Notes under the pieces: generated by a model
The model's input: only the letters and a program-made list of their open reading frames with translations
The model's database searches: none
What the model was told of the DNA's origin: nothing
Shown here: positions 25,774 through 35,623 of the stretch, in pieces
How the letters are laid out: every line of letters begins with the position of its first letter
Numbering within the stretch: position 1 is the first letter of the stretch
Translations under genes and position numbers: made by a program
From: a virus
Reading direction: 5' to 3' (one strand)
Virus record (IMG/VR): IMGVR_UViG_3300048908_000112
Location: 1 to 64,000 of that record
Length of the DNA: 64,000 nucleotides

Positions 25774-26865
25774 ATGGTTGACGACGGAATATTACTCTCC
25801 ATCGGAGACTACATGCTCGCCGGGTGGACGAGCCTACGTTGTACTCGCGGAATTGAAAGATTCCCGAGCGACTTCGAAATCGGTATGACGGAGTTGTTTC
25901 CGGGCCAGGCCAATGATGTTGTCGTGCAGCCTGGCGACCCGTGCATTTTGACGATCGGTCTTGATCCAGTCGTGACAGGATATGTCGACAAGGTGATTCC
26001 GAGCATCAACGCGAACATGCACGAGATTCGCGTGACGGGGCGCGGCAAGTGTCAGGATCTGCTCGATTGCGCCGCTCAGTGGCCGAATGGGCAGATCAGC
26101 AATTGCACGGCGGCTGACATCGCGACGAAGTTAGCTGTCCCCTACAACATTGATGTCGCCTGCGATGTGGCTGGTCTGCCGATCATCCCCCAGCAGAACA
26201 TCATGTTGGGTGAGACTGCGTACGAGATCATCGAACGGTCGGCGCGATTCAGTGCGCTACTCGTCTTCGAAGACCGCGACGGCAAATTGCGGCTCACGCG
26301 CGCGGGCACTGATGTGATGTCGAGCGGCATTCAGGAAGGCGTCAACATGGAAAGCGTGGCCGTCGAACGATCGATGGATCAGCGCTATTCCGAGATCATC
26401 GCTGTGATGATCGGCACGAACAACCTGCTGGACCTGAATGCAGTCAATGCGCCGGTATTTACGGCGACGGATCCGAATGTGACCCGCCATCGTCGCCGAG
26501 TGATCATCGCCGAGGCTGGCGAGCTCGGATGGGACATCGGCAAGCAACGTGCATTGTGGGAAGTCGCGCGGCGTCGTGGCCGGTCTGAAGTTGTACATGT
26601 GACCGTCGATAACTGGCGCGACGTCGACGGCAATCTGTGGGAGCCGAACAAACTCATCGACATTCTCATCCCGTCGATGAAGATTTCAGGTGACCAGTCG
26701 GGCACGATTCCGGTTCGATATCTCATTGTTGAGGTGACATATCACCTTGGCCTTGAGGGAACGCATGCCGAACTGACGCTCATGGCGCCAGAAGCGTTCA
26801 CGCCGCAACCCGTCCTCATCCAGCCGCAGTTCGGCGACGTTATCGGAACAGTACCTCAGCAATGA
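25774..26865 (+). CDS. Baseplate hub protein (Mu gpP/gp44-like)
   Basis: Position and size fit. VTGRGKCQDLLDCAA segment is typical of Mu P-type proteins. Confidence 0.8.
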   Translation: MVDDGILLSIGDYMLAGWTSLRCTRGIERFPSDFEIGMTELFPGQANDVVVQPGDPCILTIGLDPVVTGYVDKVIPSINANMHEIRVTGRGKCQDLLDCAAQWPNGQISNCTAADIATKLAVPYNIDVACDVAGLPIIPQQNIMLGETAYEIIERSARFSALLVFEDRDGKLRLTRAGTDVMSSGIQEGVNMESVAVERSMDQRYSEIIAVMIGTNNLLDLNAVNAPVFTATDPNVTRHRRRVIIAEAGELGWDIGKQRALWEVARRRGRSEVVHVTVDNWRDVDGNLWEPNKLIDILIPSMKISGDQSGTIPVRYLIVEVTYHLGLEGTHAELTLMAPEAFTPQPVLIQPQFGDVIGTVPQQ

Positions 26866-27464
26866 GCGATCAACACGGAATTTTAGAGCGTGTCGCGCGG
26901 CGCGTTCTGCTTTCGCTCGCCCGCGCGCTGGTGACGACGGTCAATGACGCTGGTGGCGTTCAGATGATGCAGGTGAAGCTGAATGCGCTCGAGACGCGAG
27001 ACAACACGCCGCGGCCCGCCGAGTTCGGATTTACTTCGAACCCGCCCATTGGGTCGGATGCGTTTGTCGTGTTTCTCGGCGGCGATCGGTCTAACGGCGT
27101 TGTGTTGGGCACTGTGCATCAGCCGTCTAGACCGAAGAACCTCGCGCCAGGCGAAACGATGGTTTATAGCCAGGACGGCAAATCCGTGTACTTCAGCAAC
27201 AACGGGATCATCGTTGAGGCAAAGGGCGAAAACGTCATCGTCAATGATGCGGCGGACTATACGATCAACTGCTCCGGAAAATTCAAGGTTGTTGCTGGCG
27301 GAGGTGCTGAATTCGACGCGTCGCTCGTGAGTTCAACTGGAGACTTCCAGGACAACTCCGGCTCAAATGCCGCGACCATGAAGACGATGCGGCAGGCATT
27401 CAACCCGCACACGCACGGCGATCCGCAGGGCGGAAACACGCTCGGCCCCAACACTTCGATGTAG
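26862..27464 (+). CDS. Baseplate spike/assembly protein V (Mu gp45-like)
   Basis: IGSDAFVVFLGGDRSNGVVLGTVHQPSRP is a V-type OB-fold motif. Confidence 0.8.
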   Translation: MSDQHGILERVARRVLLSLARALVTTVNDAGGVQMMQVKLNALETRDNTPRPAEFGFTSNPPIGSDAFVVFLGGDRSNGVVLGTVHQPSRPKNLAPGETMVYSQDGKSVYFSNNGIIVEAKGENVIVNDAADYTINCSGKFKVVAGGGAEFDASLVSSTGDFQDNSGSNAATMKTMRQAFNPHTHGDPQGGNTLGPNTSM

Positions 27465-27517
27465 ACCGAACCGAATTGCTTCAACTCGAATAGTTGAAAT
27501 AATTCGCGCCGCCTGCT

Positions 27518-27541
27518 AGCCCGCTCCGCGCGGGCTTTTTT
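27518..27541 (+). terminator. Intrinsic terminator/attenuator inside the baseplate module
   Basis: AGCCCGC-tccgc-GCGGGCT then TTTTTT. Confidence 0.7.
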
Positions 27542-27554
27542 GCGCACTGACGAA

Positions 27555-28001
27555 ATGAGCGATACGAAAACGGTTTGGTCAACGCCGAACGGCTACGGCG
27601 ATTGGCAGATGAATGGCGCGCAACTCGCGACAGGCGATGACTTGGCTGCAGCCATTCTCATCAGTCTCTTCACCGACAGAATCGCCGAGCCAGATGACGT
27701 CATACCGGACGGCTCAAACGATCCGCGCGGCTGGTGGGGCGACGCTGGAGAAGCGACGCCGATCGGGTCCCGGCTCTGGCTTCTGTCTCGTGCGAAACAA
27801 ACGCAGGAAACATTGCAACGGGCCTATGACTACATCGTCGAGGCGCTGCAATGGATGATCGACGATCAGGTCGTCGCGAAGTTCGATGTCCTCGTCGAGT
27901 GGACGAAAACAAGCGAACTCGGCGCGCAGGTCGTCGCATACAAACAAGATGGCTCGACGGTGGCGAATGCCTTTTCGTGGGCTTGGCAAGGGATTAACTA
28001 A
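27555..28001 (+). CDS. Baseplate protein (Mu gp46-like)
   Basis: GDWQMNGAQLATGDDLAAAILISLFTDR...DPRGWWGD...SRLWLLSRAK. Confidence 0.8.
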   Translation: MSDTKTVWSTPNGYGDWQMNGAQLATGDDLAAAILISLFTDRIAEPDDVIPDGSNDPRGWWGDAGEATPIGSRLWLLSRAKQTQETLQRAYDYIVEALQWMIDDQVVAKFDVLVEWTKTSELGAQVVAYKQDGSTVANAFSWAWQGIN

Positions 28002-29108
28002 ATGCCGTTCTCAAGACCGACGTTATCGGCGCTACAGACTGAGGTCGCGTCTGACATTGCATCGAGTGTTCCTGGGTCCGATCCGTTGCTGCGATTTGGG
28101 AACCTGCGAATCACCGGACGAGTGCAGGCTGGGCTTGCGCACCTCCATTACGGCTATATCGACTGGGTGGCGAAACAAGCCGTCCCATTCACATCGACAG
28201 ATGAGTATCTGGCTGGCTGGGGCGCACTGAAGAACACCTTCCTGAAGGAAGCGACACCGGCGACCGGTTCCGCAACGTTTGCGGGTTCTTCGGGAACCAT
28301 TCTGGCTGGCACAGAGGTCGTTCGCGGCGACGGCTTCATCTACACGACGAATGCGGACGCAACCGTGTCCGGGTCGTCTGTCACGGTTTCCGTCACCGCA
28401 AGCACGCCGGGTGCGGCGGGCAATTGCGACGCCGGAACGGTATTGACGCTCGGCACCGCGGTCACGGGTATCCAGTCGGGCGGCACTGCCGCGGCTGCAT
28501 TCACGGGCGGCGCGGACGTCGAGACCCAGGACGCCTTTTATAGCCGCGTGATGGCGGCATTTCAGGCATCGCCACAGGGCGGATCGAAATCCGATTACGT
28601 GACGTGGGCGCTTCAAGTTGCTGGCGTGACGCGCGCATGGGTGAACCCGAACGGCTTCGGTGCAGGGACGGTCGTCGTGTATGTGATGTTCGACAATGCT
28701 GAAGCGGCGCACGGCGGTTTCCCGCAAGGCACGAATGGCGTTGCCGCTACGGAAACGCGGGCGGCAGCAGCGACCGGCGATCAACTGACTGTTGCGAATT
28801 ACATCTATGTAGTGCAGCCGGTGACGGCGCTTGTCTATGCCTGCGCGCCGACGGCGAACTCGGTCAATTTCACGCTCACCGGCACATCGTCATGGAGCAC
28901 GACGACGAAGAACGCGGTGTCGGCTGCAATTTCAGGCGTCTTCCTGCAAAACGGCGTACCTGGCGGGACGATCTACATCTCGGATATTGAGTCGGCCATC
29001 GCAGCAGTGTCGGGCACCGAGGGATTCGTCATCACCGTGCCTACAGGGAACATCACTAGCGCCACAGGTGCCCTGCCTGTTCTCGGCGCTGTGACATTTA
29101 ACGCATGA
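28002..29108 (+). CDS. Baseplate J-like protein (Mu gp47-like)
   Basis: 368 aa, in the order gp46-gp47-gp48. Confidence 0.85.
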   Translation: MPFSRPTLSALQTEVASDIASSVPGSDPLLRFGNLRITGRVQAGLAHLHYGYIDWVAKQAVPFTSTDEYLAGWGALKNTFLKEATPATGSATFAGSSGTILAGTEVVRGDGFIYTTNADATVSGSSVTVSVTASTPGAAGNCDAGTVLTLGTAVTGIQSGGTAAAAFTGGADVETQDAFYSRVMAAFQASPQGGSKSDYVTWALQVAGVTRAWVNPNGFGAGTVVVYVMFDNAEAAHGGFPQGTNGVAATETRAAAATGDQLTVANYIYVVQPVTALVYACAPTANSVNFTLTGTSSWSTTTKNAVSAAISGVFLQNGVPGGTIYISDIESAIAAVSGTEGFVITVPTGNITSATGALPVLGAVTFNA

Positions 29109-29113
29109 GGTGA

Positions 29114-29791
29114 GTGATGCCAGCACCGACACTCACTTCAGCCGACTTTCTTCGCGCGTTTCAGGTTTTGATGCCACGCGGTCGAGTGTGGCCGCGCGAC
29201 TCAGATGCAGTCCAGGCAGAGGTGTTCACTGGTCTGACACAGATCTATGCGCGGAGCACCGCTCGAGCGAATTACCTGCTTGTCGATGCCTTCCCGGCGA
29301 CGACGTACGAACTGCTTCCTGAATGGGAGGCGACGCTCGGCTTGCCTGATCCGTGCGCCGGCACGGCGCCAACGATCCAGCAACGGCGAAATCAGGTCGT
29401 GGCGAGGCTTTCGAATAGCGGCGGCCAGTCGGTCGCTTATTTCGTCAACTTCGCGGCCAATCTTGGCTACCAAATCTCAATCGAGAATTTTGCGCCAGCC
29501 AGGGCGAGTCAGGCCCGATGCGGAGATGCTGATTACGGGAAAGACTGGGCGTTTGCGTGGTCCGTCGGTCTCCCGCTCAGCAGCGTGACATATGCACGTG
29601 CCGGCCAATCGGCCGCGGGCGAGCCGCTGGCCAGTTGGGGAAACGCTGTCTTGCAGTGTGAACTGAATGACGTGAAGCCAGCCCACACCATACTGCTGTT
29701 CAAATACCTCACAGAGATTTTCGATAACTCGGTGGTCGGTGACTTTGGACATCCTGTCCTCACGTCTGATGGCCGCCCGGTAGTGATTTGA
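29114..29791 (+). CDS. Baseplate/tail protein (Mu gp48, DUF2313-like)
   Basis: LMPRGRVWPRD...ELLPEWEATLGLPDPC. Confidence 0.75.
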   Translation: MMPAPTLTSADFLRAFQVLMPRGRVWPRDSDAVQAEVFTGLTQIYARSTARANYLLVDAFPATTYELLPEWEATLGLPDPCAGTAPTIQQRRNQVVARLSNSGGQSVAYFVNFAANLGYQISIENFAPARASQARCGDADYGKDWAFAWSVGLPLSSVTYARAGQSAAGEPLASWGNAVLQCELNDVKPAHTILLFKYLTEIFDNSVVGDFGHPVLTSDGRPVVI

Positions 29792-29810
29792 GACAAGAAA
29801 CAGGACCCAT

Positions 29811-30344
29811 ATGTACCAAATAGATTCGAGTGGCAGTGTCATTGCACAGCCGACTCCTGCGGCTGCTGGAACGCCTGGTTGGTTCACCGGCGGAAATCCT
29901 GCTACCGGTACTCCAGCCACGATCCTAGACGCGGACTGGTTTAACGCCTTGCAGGCGGAGCTGCTAGCGATCCTGTCTGCAGCCAGTATTACGCCAGTAA
30001 AGGGGACGAATAATCAGGTTCTCGCGGCAATTCAGGCGCGCTTCTCCGCACAAAGCCAAACATTCGGCATCGGTCAGACATACACCGATGTGACGGCAAC
30101 GCGTGCCTTAAACACCACGTACACGAACAGCACCGGGAAGCCGATTGTTGTGTATGTGTTCGGCTCTACTACGGCCAACACTAGCGCGATGGGCCTGGTC
30201 ATCAATGGTGCTGAAAGCGCTGTGAGTTTTGGCGCAACGACAGCGATTGCGATCGGTGTGACGGGGGTGGTCCCGGCTGGCGCAACATACAGCATCATCA
30301 CTACCGGCAGCGTGTCCTTTTCCTCTTGGAAAGAACTGCGTTAA
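29811..30344 (+). CDS. Tail fibre protein (short)
   Basis: N-terminus GTPGWFTGGNPATGTPATILDADWFNALQAELL is a conserved fibre-attachment motif. Confidence 0.7.
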   Translation: MYQIDSSGSVIAQPTPAAAGTPGWFTGGNPATGTPATILDADWFNALQAELLAILSAASITPVKGTNNQVLAAIQARFSAQSQTFGIGQTYTDVTATRALNTTYTNSTGKPIVVYVFGSTTANTSAMGLVINGAESAVSFGATTAIAIGVTGVVPAGATYSIITTGSVSFSSWKELR

Positions 30345-30356
30345 TAGGAAATCGGA

Positions 30357-30743
30357 ATGCAATATTTTATTGATAGCGCGACCGGCAATGCGTGGGCATT
30401 CGACGATGATGTCACCGTCTCCGCAGGCGTTGCTTCTTCGCCATCGGGATCTGCCGATGTGCCAAAAACCTTGTCTCCGTGCACGAAGGCGCAGGCCGAT
30501 GAGGCCGCTGCACCAAAGCCATTGACAGGCGATGCGCTGATGCAGGCAAACACATCTCAGCGCGACGCGCTCTTGAGCACTGCTGCTCTCGCGATCGGGC
30601 CGCTGCAGGATGCCTCAGATCTGGGCGAATCGACCGACGCTGAAACCGCGTCGCTCAGGCAGTGGAAGCAGTACCGCATTGCTGTTAATCGCATCGACCT
30701 TACGCAAGCATTACCCAACTGGCCCGTTGCGCCGACTGTATAA
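30357..30743 (+). CDS. Tail fibre assembly protein
   Basis: C-terminus QWKQYRIAVNRIDLTQ..NWPVAP is typical of fibre assembly chaperones. Confidence 0.7.
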   Translation: MQYFIDSATGNAWAFDDDVTVSAGVASSPSGSADVPKTLSPCTKAQADEAAAPKPLTGDALMQANTSQRDALLSTAALAIGPLQDASDLGESTDAETASLRQWKQYRIAVNRIDLTQALPNWPVAPTV

Positions 30744-30767
30744 ATAAATCAATCGATGCGCAACCAG

Positions 30768-30788
30768 CCGCCTTTGGGCGGATTTTTT
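30768..30788 (+). terminator. Intrinsic terminator/attenuator
   Basis: CCGCC-tttg-GGCGG then ATTTTTTG. Confidence 0.65.
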
Positions 30789-30808
30789 GTTTCTGAGAGA
30801 CCAATTCC

Positions 30809-32467
30809 ATGCCAACAGGCGCAGGCGTTCGCCTTCCCGACTTTCCGGATGCTACTGGCTTCACGGATGCCGATCTGGTTTTCATGACCCAGAATGGGGC
30901 GACCGTCAAAGGGACAGTCGCACAATTGAAGACTGCCGTTGCAATTAGTGCGACAGCAGAAGCATTTGTTCCAGGTGATGGCGTAACGGCAGGCACATTT
31001 CTGCCCGGCGGAATGTCCATCACATTGACTGGAAACTATGCGTCGATCAATGACCTTGATGTTTATGCTGACGCCGTGCCGCAGCTTGACTGCACTCTGA
31101 CCGGTCAGGTGCTAGGGTTCAGCCCGACCATTCCCACCGGGATCTCTAAGATCATCGTGCGTGGGAAGCAGGCTCGGTCGATCGGATCGCCCTCAGACGC
31201 GACCGTCACCGATGCGAAGCTCGCGCCGGGCAGCAACATCTATTTCGTCGTCAAGCGCACGGCGGACCCGCGCGCATACGGCGCGGCTGGTGATGGTGTA
31301 ACTGATGACATGCCAGCGCTTTTGCGTGCCATTGCGGCAAATCCAGAGGTCGAGTTCACGGCGGGCACATACGCGCTCAACCCTGGCACGTTGCCTTCAA
31401 CGCTCAGGCTGCTCACTGCGCGGCCGGGAGTAACGATTGTGCCGGGGCCGTCGGTTCCTACGGGCGCTGGCTTCTCGACTTGGCTAACTGCGGCCGGGCT
31501 CACCAACGCCGAAATTAGCGGCCTGCAGTTCCAGGCGCCATCCGTCACCTACGGCGGACTGACTGTGCTGCTCGGCGCGTCCTGCGTATCGACCAAGATT
31601 ACCGATCTGGTCCTTCAGGGCGCTGGATATAACGGGATTTCCCTTGCGCTCGGTAGCCGTAATAAGGTTCTCGGTTGCGATGTGATCGACTACAAGGGTG
31701 GCGGCATCATTGCCTCCGGAAGCTCTCTTGCTGTTCTCGATATTGGGACCGAAATCGCTGGCTGCTACACCCAAGGGAATGGCGCGTCCAGCATCGCTCA
31801 CGGCGTTGCGTTTAACTTCTGCCAAGACTTCAACGGGCACGATAACAGAAGCATTTCTGCCGGTACATTCGGTTTTAGCGCAAATCAATGCGAAGGCGGA
31901 ATTCTGCATAACAACATCAGCTCCGAAAGCATTCATGAAGGTCTCAATGTCGAAGACAGCAACTTCATCAAAGTCATTGGGAATAGAGCGCTATGGGCTG
32001 TTGGCGGTGGAAGTAGCTTTGACTACGGCATGAGTTTCTTTGCCAACTCTAGGAATTGCTTTGGACTAGAAGTGCTCGACAATAGTGTCGTGAATTCAGG
32101 TAGTTGCGGCATTGCCTATGCTGGTTCATCTACGTTCGGCGTACAGCACTCGCCTCTGCGCGGGAACCTCGTTTTTAACTGCAACCAAAAGAAAGCTGCT
32201 ACCGCTAGCGGCACAGACAACTTAGCCGGGATCATGCTTTCTGCGACGCAGACGCAAGCCAATCCAGTTGCTGGGAATACAGTTGTAGATGTGGGGATTA
32301 ATGCGCTGACATACGGTATCGCCGAGTTGGACTTCGGCACCGGCGCACCGACAAGCAACGAAATTACTTCTAACCGCACCTTTGCTCAAAACAATTTCTC
32401 AGGTGGATCGGCAATCCACACAGCAGGACCATCGACCAAGACGGCACTTAACACTTCGCAGCTTTGA
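30809..32467 (+). CDS. Tailspike/fibre with pectate-lyase-like beta-helix (putative depolymerase)
   Basis: DPRAYGAAGDGVTDDMPALLRAIAA is the hallmark start of Pectate_lyase_3-type beta-helix domains. Repetitive G/N/S-rich coils follow. Confidence 0.75.
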   Translation: MPTGAGVRLPDFPDATGFTDADLVFMTQNGATVKGTVAQLKTAVAISATAEAFVPGDGVTAGTFLPGGMSITLTGNYASINDLDVYADAVPQLDCTLTGQVLGFSPTIPTGISKIIVRGKQARSIGSPSDATVTDAKLAPGSNIYFVVKRTADPRAYGAAGDGVTDDMPALLRAIAANPEVEFTAGTYALNPGTLPSTLRLLTARPGVTIVPGPSVPTGAGFSTWLTAAGLTNAEISGLQFQAPSVTYGGLTVLLGASCVSTKITDLVLQGAGYNGISLALGSRNKVLGCDVIDYKGGGIIASGSSLAVLDIGTEIAGCYTQGNGASSIAHGVAFNFCQDFNGHDNRSISAGTFGFSANQCEGGILHNNISSESIHEGLNVEDSNFIKVIGNRALWAVGGGSSFDYGMSFFANSRNCFGLEVLDNSVVNSGSCGIAYAGSSTFGVQHSPLRGNLVFNCNQKKAATASGTDNLAGIMLSATQTQANPVAGNTVVDVGINALTYGIAELDFGTGAPTSNEITSNRTFAQNNFSGGSAIHTAGPSTKTALNTSQL

Positions 32468-32478
32468 GGACATTAACA

Positions 32479-33426
32479 ATGAAACGAATTTTCGCTGGCG
32501 CATTGGCCGCGCTTTTATCGTTTTCTGCGATCGCCGCGACGACTGTTCCCGTACAGCTGCTTAATCCGACTGGCTCAACCTCTGGTCAGGTCATCCGGTC
32601 GACCGGCCCGACGTCGGCGCCCGCATGGGGCAATGTCGCAGTCACGGCGCTCGCTGCGCAGGCCTCAAACACGGTGGTGGCGAACGTAACAGGCTCGGGA
32701 GCCAGTCCTACGGCGTTCGCCATGCCGAGCTGCAGCACGTCATCGAGTTCGCTGAATTGGACCGCCGGCACCGGATTTACCTGCAATACGTCAGTCAACG
32801 CGGCACAACTCGGCGGCGCCACGTTCGCAGCGCCCGGCCCGATTGGATCAACGACGGCATCGACCGGCGCCTTCACAACGTTGTCCGCCAGCAGCACCGT
32901 GAGCGGCACGGGGTTCAGCACGTATTTGGCTTCGCCGCCCGCCATTGGTGGAACCACGCCCGCTGCCGGCACCTTTACGACCCTGAAGGGGAACTCGCTT
33001 GCGAAGGTGTTCGCAACCAACACCAGCGCCCAAAGCATCCCGAGCGCAGCGAACACAGCCGTTACTGGCTGGACTGCCGGAATCGACGTCAACAGCAATT
33101 TCACGACGTCGACCGGCACTTTCACCGCGCCCACCACTGGCTATTATGTTGTAACCGCGCAACTGACATGGGGGGCGATTGCAGGAGCAGGTGCATCCGG
33201 CCAGTTAAAGGCAACCGTATATGTGAACGGGTCGCCGACGACGCTTCAGGGCTTCGCGCCAATGTCCAACACGACTCAGCAGACCAACGTTGTCCAAGTG
33301 AGCGGGATCGTCAACGTCACGTCAGGTCAGACGATCGTGCTGAATGCCTTCCAGAACAGCGGCAGCGCCGTCGCCTTGTCGAACTCGGTCGGTGCTGTCT
33401 GGATGAACGTCTACCAGCTTCCGTGA
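32479..33426 (+). CDS. Secreted fibre-like protein with C-terminal C1q/TNF-like head
   Basis: Sec signal MKRIFAGALAALLSFSAIA|AT after a GAGGA SD. Fibre repeats IGSTTASTGAFTTLSA and IGGTTPAAGTFTTLKG. C-terminus TGTFTAPTTGYYVVTAQL...VLNAFQ is C1q-like. Confidence 0.6.
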   Translation: MKRIFAGALAALLSFSAIAATTVPVQLLNPTGSTSGQVIRSTGPTSAPAWGNVAVTALAAQASNTVVANVTGSGASPTAFAMPSCSTSSSSLNWTAGTGFTCNTSVNAAQLGGATFAAPGPIGSTTASTGAFTTLSASSTVSGTGFSTYLASPPAIGGTTPAAGTFTTLKGNSLAKVFATNTSAQSIPSAANTAVTGWTAGIDVNSNFTTSTGTFTAPTTGYYVVTAQLTWGAIAGAGASGQLKATVYVNGSPTTLQGFAPMSNTTQQTNVVQVSGIVNVTSGQTIVLNAFQNSGSAVALSNSVGAVWMNVYQLP

Positions 33427-34422
33427 CGGCATGCGCCGCAACGCGCCTTTGATGACGGTCGAGTGAAACACGAACTCGGCCGCACCGAATGTCAGACCAG
33501 CGGCCAGGGCGACACCAATCGCTGCAATGAAGTAAGCGGCGAGCGGTGCGCCGTGTGCGAAACGCACCATCAGGTACATCGCTGCGGCAATGAAGATGGT
33601 GTGCGAAAGGTACAGGCCGTATGAGTAATCGCCCGCGCGCTCAAGAAATTTCGGCACGCGCAATCCCTGCACGAGATGCAGAAGCAACGAGAACGACAGA
33701 CCCCAAAGCACATAGCGCACGTAGTAGGGCATCGGGCCGACCGTCTGCGCAATGATGAGCAGGATCAGCGCCTGAATCGCGAGTGTCAGGGGATTCGCAG
33801 TCTTCAGCGCGTCGCGACCCACCAGCCCATACAACGCCCCCGCGATGAACTCGAAGTTAGCCGGCGACACAAGAATCCATTTTCCGACGAGCATAACCTC
33901 ATGATCTGACGGAAACGGATGAACGCCCAACTGGCAGGCTAGCGCAATGATGGCCGCCCAAATGCCGAGCGCCACTGCGATGTGTTGACGCGACATCCGA
34001 AGCAGGACGAAGGCGTACATGATGGCGTAGAACACCATCTCGTAGACCAGCGTCCAGTACGGAACGGCGTAGCTCTCGTTGAATGCCGACGCCGGAAGCA
34101 GGCTCAGCGAGTACCAGCCAAACTGCCATTCCCGACCGAGTAGCGGGAGCAGCAGCCCGCCGAGCGCGACGGCCGCCCAGTAGGACGGGTATATCCGCGC
34201 GATGCGCTGCGGCATGAAGATAGCGCCTTGCGACAGGCAGAGCGTCATGACATAGCCGGATATCACGAAGAAGATGCTGACGCCCATCTGGCCGAAGCCG
34301 ATCGGCAGGAACGGGGTGAAGTCAACGCCTTTGGCTTGGCAGGCGAAGAAAATGCTGTGCTGTAGCACGACCAGGCAAGCCGCTATCGCGCGAAGCCCTT
34401 GGAGGCCGCTGTTCTTGTTCAT
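33322..34422 (-). CDS. Acyltransferase family 3 (O-antigen/polysaccharide O-acetylase-like)
   Basis: LQGLRAIAACLVVLQHS opening and about 10 hydrophobic helices. The last ~35 codons run antisense into the fibre-like gene. Confidence 0.85.
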   Translation of the reverse strand: MNKNSGLQGLRAIAACLVVLQHSIFFACQAKGVDFTPFLPIGFGQMGVSIFFVISGYVMTLCLSQGAIFMPQRIARIYPSYWAAVALGGLLLPLLGREWQFGWYSLSLLPASAFNESYAVPYWTLVYEMVFYAIMYAFVLLRMSRQHIAVALGIWAAIIALACQLGVHPFPSDHEVMLVGKWILVSPANFEFIAGALYGLVGRDALKTANPLTLAIQALILLIIAQTVGPMPYYVRYVLWGLSFSLLLHLVQGLRVPKFLERAGDYSYGLYLSHTIFIAAAMYLMVRFAHGAPLAAYFIAAIGVALAAGLTFGAAEFVFHSTVIKGALRRMPSRKLVDVHPDSTDRVRQGDGAAAVLEGIQHDRLT

Positions 34423-34487
34423 TCACCCTCTCAAAGGCTCGAAAAGTTCCCGAATCTTACCGGATTCCGGGAACCTAGCGGGAGTCG

Positions 34488-35597
34488 CTATTTTTTGACC
34501 GCAGCCTTAACCAGCGGCGCAAGAATTGCAGCCTGGCGTTGAGCCTTTATGCTGAGCAGATAATCATCCGGATAGAGGCATCCCGACATGTGCGCCTGCC
34601 AGTTTGGGAGCGCAAGAATCTCGTTGTACTGCCTCACCAGCGGAACGTTGTAAGCGATGGCGATGTTATCCATCGTCGTGACGTAGTTCTGCAGGTACGG
34701 GTGATTGTCGTCACAGACCGGGTTCGGCTCCTCGATGACCGGAACCTTGCCGGCGTTGCGGACATCCTGAACCCACTGAATCAGCGCATCGGCGTATGGC
34801 CCAAGAGACTGCACGAGATCATCGTTGATCGCGTGGTTGTCGAGCACGATCACGGACTTCGATCCGACAATTCTCTGCGCGAACGGCGGCCCTCCTCCGT
34901 CCACACCCGCCATCATGTTGACCAGCGTCGACGCAGTTCCGCCGGAGGCGTGATTTGCGATCGTGACACCCGGAAACTGCGCACGCAGAATCATCTGCGA
35001 GACATTCGGCTCGGAGTTCTGCGTGATCGTGGGCATGCTGTAGTTCATGCCAGTCAATCCCATCATCGAATCATCACCATAGACGTCGATGAGGATGGGC
35101 TTGACTGGCGCTGAATCGCTGGCTGGCGATGGAGCAGATGTCGCGACCGGCGATGATGCCTCGGATGCTGCGACGATCGGCGTGGCCGTGACTACCGGCT
35201 TAGCCGATGTGGTCGTGACCGGTTGGTCGTTGCCACCACAAGCGGCCAAGCATGCCGTCAGCGCAATTACTGCCCCTCTTCTCCATCGGCTACCTGCCGA
35301 ACCCGCGCGCCGAACGTCTCCATGAACTGAAGAACGCGGTTGAATTCCTCGTCCGTCAGCGCCATTCGAGCGGCACCCACAAATGCCACGTGCGGACCCA
35401 TCTTCCGCGGCGTGTGACCTCCGGTGTACTTCCGGAACTGCTGATCGCCGCCCAGCCAGAATATCTCGGCCATCTCCTTGCCGGTCGCATTGCGACGGCG
35501 CTTGAGCTCCGCCAGATCTTCTGTCGATGGTTCGCTGAATTGGATTGGCATGTCTTCTGGGTGCGCGGTCAAGGCGCGTGCGAAAGCTGATTTTCAT
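34488..35597 (-). CDS. SGNH/GDSL hydrolase lipoprotein (start unresolved; functional part ~34488-35290)
   Basis: Lipobox ALTACLAAC|GG, T/P/S linker, block I VYGDDSMMG, HASGG, and DNHAINDD near the C-terminus. No ATG/GTG/TTG lies within more than 100 codons upstream of the signal peptide. Confidence 0.65.
   Translation of the reverse strand: MKISFRTRLDRAPRRHANPIQRTIDRRSGGAQAPSQCDRQGDGRDILAGRRSAVPEVHRRSHAAEDGSARGICGCRSNGADGRGIQPRSSVHGDVRRAGSAGSRWRRGAVIALTACLAACGGNDQPVTTTSAKPVVTATPIVAASEASSPVATSAPSPASDSAPVKPILIDVYGDDSMMGLTGMNYSMPTITQNSEPNVSQMILRAQFPGVTIANHASGGTASTLVNMMAGVDGGGPPFAQRIVGSKSVIVLDNHAINDDLVQSLGPYADALIQWVQDVRNAGKVPVIEEPNPVCDDNHPYLQNYVTTMDNIAIAYNVPLVRQYNEILALPNWQAHMSGCLYPDDYLLSIKAQRQAAILAPLVKAAVKK
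35267..35572 (-). CDS. Xre/MqsA-like HTH protein (101 aa)
   Basis: LAELKRRRNATGKEMAEIFWLGGDQQFRKYTGGHTPRKMGPH resembles HTH_XRE regulators. High GC3. Embedded in another frame of the long 34488-35597 ORF. Confidence 0.55.
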   Translation of the reverse strand: MTAHPEDMPIQFSEPSTEDLAELKRRRNATGKEMAEIFWLGGDQQFRKYTGGHTPRKMGPHVAFVGAARMALTDEEFNRVLQFMETFGARVRQVADGEEGQ

Positions 35598-35623
35598 GGT
35601 TCATCCTGTCGGGTTGTCGGGCC

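Noticed and set aside
32625-33452. 275-aa same-strand ORF overlapping the fibre-like gene, as a second dual-coding candidate
   Set aside because: It is the -1 frame of a high-GC3 gene, which is expected to stay open by chance. Its translation is Arg/His/Cys-rich nonsense with no motifs, start signal or matching termini, unlike the 1683-2513 case.
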